Shown here one piece after another: positions 5,007-10,994 of a DNA stretch of 10,994 nucleotides. Both the position numbers and the translations under genes were made by a program. Within the stretch, counting starts at the first letter, position 1, and each line of letters opens with the position of its first letter. Below the pieces are notes generated by a model, which was not told the origin of the DNA, did no database searches, and saw only the letters and a program-made list of their open reading frames with translations. The stretch comes from a virus (Duplodnaviria > Heunggongvirae > Uroviricota > Caudoviricetes): the IMG/VR virus record IMGVR_UViG_2617270998_000005; one strand, written 5' to 3'.

Positions 5007-7478
5007 ATGAGTAAAGTCTTTATTTGCGCCGCTATTCCTGACGAACTGGCAACAAGGGAAGAAGGCGCTGTGGCTGTAGCCACAGCCATTGAAGCTGGCG
5101 ACGAACGCCGTGCTCGAGCAAAATTTCACTGGCAATTCCTGGAACATTATCCGGCTGCTCAGGACTGCGCTTATAAATTTATTGTCTGCGAGGATAAACC
5201 TGGCATACCCCGCCCTGCCCTCGATTCATGGGATGCTGAATATATGCAGGAAAACCGCTGGGATGAGGAGTCTGCTTCTTTTGTCCCGGTTGAGACTGAA
5301 TCCGATCCGATGAACGTCACTTTTGACAAGCTGGCCCCTGAAGTACAGAACGCTGTCATGGTTAAGTTCGACACATGTGAAAACATCACCGTTGATATGG
5401 TTATTAGCGCACAGGAATTGTTGCAGGAAGACATGGCAACATTCGACGGACATATCGTTGAAGCGTTGATGAAAATGCCAGAAGTTAACGCCATGTATCC
5501 GGAGCTTAAGTTGCACGCCATTGGGTGGGTTAAGCATAAATGTATTCCTGGTGCCAAATGGCCCGAAATTCAGGCAGAGATGCGCATCTGGAAAAAACGT
5601 CGCGAAGGTGAACGCAAGGAAACCGGAAAATACACGTCTGTTGTTGATCTCGCCCGCGCCAGAGTCAACCGGCAGAACACTGAAAACTCAACAGGAAAAA
5701 TCCACCCTGTCACTGCCGCCATTCGTCGCGAATACAAGCAGACATGGAAAACACTGGATGATGAACTGGCCTACGCTCTGTGGCCTGGTGACATTGATGC
5801 CGGAAACATTGACGGCAGCATCCATCGCTGGGCAAAAAATGAAGTTATCGACAACGACCGCGAAGACTGGAAGCGTATCTCGGCATCAATGCGCAAACAG
5901 CCTGATGCCCTTCGCTACGACCGCCAGACTATTTTTGGCCTTGTCCGTGAACGTCCGATCGACATTCACAAAGACCCTGTGGCACTGAACAAATACATTA
6001 CTGAATACCTGACTACAAAGGGCGTGTTTGAGAATGAAGAAACAGACCTGGGCACTGTTGATGTTCTCCAGTCATCAGAAACACAAACTGATGCAGTGGA
6101 AACTGAGGTATCTGATATCCCAAAAAATGAAACCGCGCCGGAAGCTGAACCATCTGTAGAGCGTGAGGGGCCGTTCTATTTCCTCTTCGCAGATAAGGAC
6201 GGAGAAAAATACGGTCGCGCAAACAAACTTTCTGGTCTGGATAAGGCACTGGCTGCTGGCGCCACTGAAATCACAAAAGAAGAATATTTTGCCCGAAAAA
6301 ATGGCACATACACGGGCTTACCGCAAAATGTAGATACCGCTGAAGATTCAGAACAACCAGAGCCGATAAAAGTTACCGCTGACGAAGTAAACAAAATTAT
6401 GCAGGCAGCCAATATCATCCAGCCTGACGCCGATAAGTTGCTTGCTGCATCACGTGGTGAATTTGTTGAAGGGATTAGTGACCCGAATGATCCGAAATGG
6501 GTTAAGGGGATCCAGACCCGCGATTCTGTGAACCAGAACCAGCATGAATCGGAACGGAACTACCAAAAAGCGGAACAAAACAGCCCAAATGCGTTACAAA
6601 ACGAGCCAGAAACGAAACAGCCTGAATCAGTGGCGCAACAGAAAGTGGAAAAAGTCTGCACCGCCTGCGGTCAGACCAGCGGCGGCAACTGCCCTGATTG
6701 TGGCGCGGTAATGGGCGACGCAACATACCAGGAAACATTCGATGAAGAGTATCAGGTTGAAGTTCAGGAAGATGATCCGGAGAAAATGGAAGGCGCTGAA
6801 CATCCACACAAGGAGAACACTGGCGGCAATCAGCATCACGATAGCGATAATGAAACTGGCGAGACGGCAGATCACTCAATTAAGGTGAACGGTCATCACG
6901 AAATCACATCCACCAGCAGGACGTGTGACCATCTAATGATCGACCTTGAAACCATGGGAAAAAATCCTGATGCCCCGATCATCTCAATAGGTGCAATATT
7001 TTTCGATCCGCAAACCGGAGATATGGGACCGGAATTTAGTAAGACTATCGATCTGGAAACTGCTGGCGGAGTCATTGATCGGGACACCATTAAATGGTGG
7101 CTTAAGCAATCACGCGAAGCGCAATCTGCCATTATGACCGATGAAATCCCGTTAGATGATGCACTGTTACAATTGCGGGAATTTATCGACGAAAACTCCG
7201 GTGAATTTTTTGTTCAGGTCTGGGGAAATGGAGCCAACTTCGACAACACGATTTTGCGCCGTTCATACGAACGGCAGGGGATCCCCTGCCCGTGGCGTTA
7301 CTACAACGATCGCGATGTACGCACAATCGTTGAGCTGGGGAAAGCCATAGACTTCGATGCCAGAACGGCTATTCAATTCGAAGGTGAGCGCCATAATGCA
7401 CTTGATGACGCCCGTTACCAGGCAAAATACGTTTCAGTTATCTGGCAAAAACTGATCCCGAGTCAGGCTGATTCTTAA
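5007..7478 (+). CDS. ydfE: YdfE-like large prophage protein (823 aa): N-terminal YdfE-homologous domain, acidic central region with a CxxC...CxxC zinc ribbon, C-terminal DEDDh-type 3'-5' exonuclease domain
   Basis: A GAGG SD precedes the ATG. The N-terminus MSKVFICAAIPDELATREEGAVAVATAIEAG... matches K-12 YdfE as I recall it. The C-terminus carries exonuclease motifs DLETMG (Exo I), WGNGANFDNTIL (Exo II) and HNALDDARYQAKY (Exo III). A CTACGQTSGGNCPDCG ribbon is encoded at about 6658-6705. Confidence 0.85.
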   Translation: MSKVFICAAIPDELATREEGAVAVATAIEAGDERRARAKFHWQFLEHYPAAQDCAYKFIVCEDKPGIPRPALDSWDAEYMQENRWDEESASFVPVETESDPMNVTFDKLAPEVQNAVMVKFDTCENITVDMVISAQELLQEDMATFDGHIVEALMKMPEVNAMYPELKLHAIGWVKHKCIPGAKWPEIQAEMRIWKKRREGERKETGKYTSVVDLARARVNRQNTENSTGKIHPVTAAIRREYKQTWKTLDDELAYALWPGDIDAGNIDGSIHRWAKNEVIDNDREDWKRISASMRKQPDALRYDRQTIFGLVRERPIDIHKDPVALNKYITEYLTTKGVFENEETDLGTVDVLQSSETQTDAVETEVSDIPKNETAPEAEPSVEREGPFYFLFADKDGEKYGRANKLSGLDKALAAGATEITKEEYFARKNGTYTGLPQNVDTAEDSEQPEPIKVTADEVNKIMQAANIIQPDADKLLAASRGEFVEGISDPNDPKWVKGIQTRDSVNQNQHESERNYQKAEQNSPNALQNEPETKQPESVAQQKVEKVCTACGQTSGGNCPDCGAVMGDATYQETFDEEYQVEVQEDDPEKMEGAEHPHKENTGGNQHHDSDNETGETADHSIKVNGHHEITSTSRTCDHLMIDLETMGKNPDAPIISIGAIFFDPQTGDMGPEFSKTIDLETAGGVIDRDTIKWWLKQSREAQSAIMTDEIPLDDALLQLREFIDENSGEFFVQVWGNGANFDNTILRRSYERQGIPCPWRYYNDRDVRTIVELGKAIDFDARTAIQFEGERHNALDDARYQAKYVSVIWQKLIPSQADS

Positions 7479-7550
7479 TGTTCAACTGTCGCCGGTTGTG
7501 ACTGGTATTCTGCAACCGGCGCTCGTCTAATGTAAGAGATAAAGAAATCG

Positions 7551-7802
7551 ATGAGCGAAGTAATCATGATTGTCTCTCCCGGCAAATGGGTATCCGAAGA
7601 GCAGTTAATTGCGCTGAAAGGAATAAAAAAAGGTACCTTAAAAAAGGCCCGGGAAAAATCGTTTATGGAAGGAAGGGAATATAAGCATGTCGCTCATGAC
7701 GGTATGCCATGGGATAACAGTCCATGCTTTTACAACCTGGAAGAAATTGATCGCTGGATTGAGCGCCAGGCATCAGCAAGACCAAGACGTCATCTTACTT
7801 GA
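7551..7802 (+). CDS. xis: putative excisionase (Xis-like, 83 aa)
   Basis: Small basic ORF immediately upstream of, and co-oriented with, the integrase gene. It contains a GREY...H segment reminiscent of lambda Xis. The assignment rests on position and size; the start (7551 vs 7566) is uncertain. Confidence 0.55.
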   Translation: MSEVIMIVSPGKWVSEEQLIALKGIKKGTLKKAREKSFMEGREYKHVAHDGMPWDNSPCFYNLEEIDRWIERQASARPRRHLT

Positions 7803-7836
7803 CTAAAAGCCACACTAACTAATGAGAGAAGTTGAA

Positions 7837-9117
7837 ATGAAATATCCGACAGGCGTGGAAAACCATGGAGGGAAATTACGTATCTGGTTTGTTTATAAAG
7901 GCGTAAGAGTCAGGGAAAACCTGGGGGTTCCTGACACAGCAAAAAACAGGCGCGTTGCAGGTGAGCTACGCGCCTCTGTTTGTTACGCAATAAAAACTGG
8001 TGTTTTCGACTATGCAAAACAGTTTCCCTCCTCACGCAATCTGGAAAAATTTGGTGAGGCCCGACAAGATTTAACCATAAAAGAACTGGCTGAAAAATTT
8101 CTGGCACTGAAAGAAACTGAAGTCGCAAAAACATCACTCAACACATACCGTGCCGTCATCAAAAATATCCTGAGCATAATCGGTGAAAAAAATCTTGCCT
8201 CATCGATTAATAAAGAAAAATTACTGGAGGTTCGTAAAGAGCTACTGACTGGATACCAGATCCCCAAAAGTAACTATATTGTTACACAACCAGGGAGATC
8301 GGCTGTAACTGTAAATAATTACATGACAAATCTTAACGCCGTGTTCCAGTTTGGTGTTGATAACGGTTACCTGGTAGATAACCCGTTTAAGGGGATCTCG
8401 CCATTAAAGGAATCAAGAACCATTCCGGATCCTCTTTCGCGGGAGGAATTCATCCGTCTTATCGATGCGTGCAGAAATCAGCAAGCCAAAAATTTATGGT
8501 GTGTTTCTGTTTATACTGGCGTTCGCCCTGGTGAGCTGTGTGCACTTGGATGGGAGGACATAGATCTGAAAAATGGAACAATGATGATCAGGAGAAATTT
8601 AGCAAAAGACCGTTTCACGGTACCAAAAACACAGGCGGGAACCAATCGGGGCATTCATCTTATTAAGCCAGCAATCGACGCTCTCCGGAGTCAGATGACA
8701 TTAACGAGACTGAGCAAAGAGCATATCATTGATGTTCACCTCAGAGAGTATGGCAGAACAGAAAAACATAAATGCACCTTTGTTTTTCAACCTGAAGTGT
8801 CAGCGAGAGTAAAAAATTATGGTGACCATTTTACCGTTGACTCAATAAGGCAGATGTGGGACGCAGCGATAAAACGTGCCGGACTCCGCCATCGAAAATC
8901 ATATCAGTCGAGACATACTTATGCCTGCTGGTCGCTGACAGCTGGTGCTAACCCGGCATTTATAGCAAACCAGATGGGCCATGCAGATGCGCAAATGGTA
9001 TTTCAGGTATACGGAAAATGGATGTCTGAAAACAATAATGCACAGGTAGCTTTGTTAAATACACAGTTAAGCGAGTTTGCCCCAACCATGCCCCATAACG
9101 AAGCAATGAAAAATTAA
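7837..9117 (+). CDS. int: phage integrase, tyrosine recombinase family (426 aa from the ATG at 7837; the ORF track starts at 7822)
   Basis: C-terminal catalytic region has Arg in TGVRPGE, an SRHTYACW box, and GHADAQMVFQVYGKW with the nucleophilic Tyr. The ATG at 7837 has a GAGAGAAG SD-like stretch; the ATG at 7822 has none. It lies at the prophage end next to a chromosomal gene. Confidence 0.88.
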   Translation: MKYPTGVENHGGKLRIWFVYKGVRVRENLGVPDTAKNRRVAGELRASVCYAIKTGVFDYAKQFPSSRNLEKFGEARQDLTIKELAEKFLALKETEVAKTSLNTYRAVIKNILSIIGEKNLASSINKEKLLEVRKELLTGYQIPKSNYIVTQPGRSAVTVNNYMTNLNAVFQFGVDNGYLVDNPFKGISPLKESRTIPDPLSREEFIRLIDACRNQQAKNLWCVSVYTGVRPGELCALGWEDIDLKNGTMMIRRNLAKDRFTVPKTQAGTNRGIHLIKPAIDALRSQMTLTRLSKEHIIDVHLREYGRTEKHKCTFVFQPEVSARVKNYGDHFTVDSIRQMWDAAIKRAGLRHRKSYQSRHTYACWSLTAGANPAFIANQMGHADAQMVFQVYGKWMSENNNAQVALLNTQLSEFAPTMPHNEAMKN

Positions 9118-9260
9118 TTTAATATTTATCAAATAGTTGACACGTATGACTCTTGAAATCCATAAATTCAAGCGCAGTGCCCAGCCATCCCGATACTGCT
9201 GCTTTCACCAAATCCTTAGTGCTTCTTTCGTGTTTTTCTATTGTCATAATGGTTATCTCT

Positions 9261-9291
9261 AAAAAAGAGGTAAGATGCGTACTACTTACTC
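9261..9291 (-). terminator. intrinsic terminator downstream of the rspB-like gene (minus strand)
   Basis: On the minus strand: stem GAGTAAG / CTTACCTC (plus 9267-9274 / 9285-9291, one bulge), 11-nt loop, then TTTTTT (plus A-run 9261-9266). It starts 14 nt after the stop at 9305. Confidence 0.6.
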
Positions 9292-9304
9292 GCCGTTATT
9301 GGTA

Positions 9305-9740
9305 TTATTCAGAAAAAGTGAGTAAGACTTTGCAGCAATGTTTTTGATCCTGTTCAAATAAACTAATGGCATCAGCAACATGCTGGAAATCAAACGTATG
9401 GGTAATTAATTTTTCTGGTTTAATTAACCCTTTACTTAACCAGTCGATAACGATCGGGAATTTATTTGCATTTAAGCGTGAAGAGAAAATAGAGAGTTCT
9501 TTTCCGGTAATTCCTTGCTGAATCACTTCAGACGGTTCACTGGAGAACCCCATCAATACAATACGTGCCGCTGGAGAAGCCAGCGTTACGGCCTCTTTCA
9601 GGATAGAAGGATGACAAGCCGCATCGATAATTAATGTCGGCTTGATGCCTTTTTCAGTGAAAATCTCGCCAAGCGGTGTCTGGCTGTTATTAATCGCCCA
9701 GTCAGCCCCGCTCTCTTTGAGCCTGTTCAGGATTCTGTGT
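9305..9740 (-). pseudogene. rspB: 3' fragment of an rspB-like zinc-dependent alcohol dehydrogenase gene, 5' part removed by IS insertion
   Basis: Translation ...KESGADWAINNSQTPLGEIFTEKGIKPTLIIDAACHPSILKEAVTLASPAARIVLMGF...KVLLTFSE is a C-terminal MDR/Zn-ADH cofactor domain, with no N-terminal catalytic domain. The upstream frame runs into IS sequence. The upper boundary near 9740 is approximate. rspB is the gene I recall flanking this prophage end in K-12. Confidence 0.7.
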
Positions 9741-10994
9741 AAATACCTTTTCTCAGAAGTGGCCGTCCAGGCGGTCACCGAACTCGATAATAAAGCGGCT
9801 CATTGCCATACGCCAGTCCCGCAGTGGCATCGTCCATTTCTGTGAAGCCGCCTGGATTGCCAGCCACACCACTTTTTTCACCGAGTCGTCTGTCGGGAAC
9901 ACTTTACGCTTTTTGATCGCATGGCGGATCACGCTGTTTAGCGACTCGATGGCATTCGTCGTATAGATCACTTTGCGGATGTCCGTTGGATAAGCGAAGA
10001 ACGTGGCAAGATTCGGCCAGTTAGCCTGCCAGCTTCGGCTTATCTGAGGATAGCGACAGTCCCAGGCCGCAGCGAACGCTTCCAGTGCCTGCTGGCCTGC
10101 CTCTTCCGTGGGAGCCTGATAAATCGCTTTCAGGTCGCGAGTGACGGCTTTGTAGTCCTTCCATGACACGAAGCGCAGGCTGTTGCGCACCATATGCACG
10201 ATGCATAACTGGATGCGGGCCTTCGGATATACTGTGTTGATGGTATCCGGGAAGCCTTTCAGGCCATCCACACAGGCGATGAGGATATCGTTCAGACCGC
10301 GGTTTTTCAGTTCAGTCAGCACATTGAGCCAGAACTTCGCCCCTTCATTTTCGGCCAGCCACATACCCAGCAGTTCTTTCTGACCTTCGATATTGATGCC
10401 CAGTGCCAGGAACACCGATTTGTTGATGACGCGACTGTCCTGCCGAACTTTCAGGACGATACAGTCAAGATAAACAATGGGGTAAACAGCATCCAGTGGT
10501 CGGTTTTGCCATTCTACAACCTGCTCCATCACGGCATCGGTAACCTTTGATATCAGTGCCGGTGAAACATCTGCGTCATACAGTTCTTTGAACGCAGCAG
10601 CTATCTCACGGGTGGTCATCCCTTTGGCATACAACGAGAGGATCTGGTTATCCATCCCGGTAATACGGGTCTGATTTTTCTTTACCAGTTGTGGTTCGAA
10701 GGTACCGTCACGATCGCGCGGAGTACGCAGTTCCAGTGGACCGTCGCCTGTGATAACGGTCTTTGTGGAAAAACCGTTGCGGGAGTTAGCTCCTGGTCTG
10801 GACTGATTTTTCTCATACCCAAGATGGTGTGTCATCTCTGCATTGAGAGCGGCTTCAACGCTGAGCTTTTTCAGCAGCCGATCAAACTGACTGAGGTCTT
10901 CAGGGGTTTTGAGGTTTTTGGCCAGTTCGTTAGCCAGAGCCTGTAACTGTTTTTCGTCCATAAATTAACCTTCATTTGATGCTGGATTGAACAT
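9700..10994 (-). mobile_element. IS256-family insertion sequence (partial; left end beyond window, right end approximate) inserted in rspB
   Basis: Transposase gene plus the abrupt end of rspB homology a few tens of bp past the transposase stop. Inverted repeats could not be defined because only one end is in the window. Confidence 0.7.
9753..10961 (-). CDS. tnpA: IS256-family (mutator-type) transposase, 402 aa
   Basis: Full-length ORF with a GAAGG SD before the ATG at 10959-10961. The sequence has typical IS256-family features (MDEKQLQALANELAK... N-terminus; ...YTTNAIESLNSVIRHAIKKRKVFPTDD... core). Exact IS name not assigned. Confidence 0.88.
   Translation of the reverse strand: MDEKQLQALANELAKNLKTPEDLSQFDRLLKKLSVEAALNAEMTHHLGYEKNQSRPGANSRNGFSTKTVITGDGPLELRTPRDRDGTFEPQLVKKNQTRITGMDNQILSLYAKGMTTREIAAAFKELYDADVSPALISKVTDAVMEQVVEWQNRPLDAVYPIVYLDCIVLKVRQDSRVINKSVFLALGINIEGQKELLGMWLAENEGAKFWLNVLTELKNRGLNDILIACVDGLKGFPDTINTVYPKARIQLCIVHMVRNSLRFVSWKDYKAVTRDLKAIYQAPTEEAGQQALEAFAAAWDCRYPQISRSWQANWPNLATFFAYPTDIRKVIYTTNAIESLNSVIRHAIKKRKVFPTDDSVKKVVWLAIQAASQKWTMPLRDWRMAMSRFIIEFGDRLDGHF

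Noticed and set aside
5171-6879. Several 80-130-aa ORFs (5171..5557 -, 5226..5537 -, 5521..5988 +, 6013..6249 -, 6176..6418 -, 6502..6879 -, 6627..6875 -)
   Set aside because: All lie inside or antisense to the 823-aa ydfE-like gene, which has a coherent long frame and recognisable motifs. They are most likely frame-shadow ORFs.
9118-9304. Search for a tRNA, tmRNA or CRISPR repeat at the integrase-proximal prophage end and elsewhere
   Set aside because: No cloverleaf-compatible sequence with a GTTC-type T-arm and no regularly spaced direct-repeat array was seen. The only periodic repeats are the ori iterons.
9153-9347. Plus-strand ORF of 64 aa in the int-rspB junction
   Set aside because: Spans the rspB terminator hairpin and the rspB stop codon. 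No SD. Probably spurious.
9776-9778. Treating the minus ORF 9305..9778 as a complete 157-aa gene
   Set aside because: The first residues are translated IS sequence with a GTG start overlapping the transposase gene. The protein is only a C-terminal ADH domain, so it was called as a truncated pseudogene.
10021-10383. ORFs 10021..10206 (-) and 10183..10383 (+) inside the transposase gene
   Set aside because: Alternative-frame or antisense ORFs within a clearly coding IS256-family transposase. Checked for an EAST1 (astA)-like peptide, as embedded in IS1414, and did not see it.

Overview
This window reads as a segment of an Escherichia coli lambdoid (Qin/Kim-type, dicF-carrying) prophage, running from its replication module to its integrase end, with an IS element at each edge. 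All identifications are from reading the sequence and recalled protein and IS sequences; no database search was run. Left to right: the left end of an IS2 copy (minus strand, insC 5' part, cut by the window start); a minus-strand replication block (140-aa unknown ORF, O-like initiator with five ~23-bp iterons inside the gene, 173-aa unknown ORF); a divergent immunity switch (dicC Cro-like on minus, dicA repressor on plus, with repeated TGAGnnnnCTCA operator-like palindromes); the dicB operon on the plus strand (ydfA, a 191-aa ydfB/ydfC-region ORF, a GC-rich structured leader, the DicF sRNA, dicB, ydfD, and an intact 823-aa ydfE-like protein with a C-terminal DEDDh exonuclease domain and a zinc ribbon); xis and a tyrosine integrase; a short non-coding junction holding the presumed att site; the 3' portion of an rspB-like zinc alcohol dehydrogenase gene (minus) cut off by an IS256-family element whose transposase runs to the window end. 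I found no tRNA, rRNA or CRISPR array. The most interesting items are the intact ydfE-like nuclease protein (which I recall as an IS2-disrupted pseudogene in K-12), an unresolved pair of long overlapping antisense ORFs downstream of ydfA, and the origin and operator architecture. I did not find a clearly novel multi-gene system.
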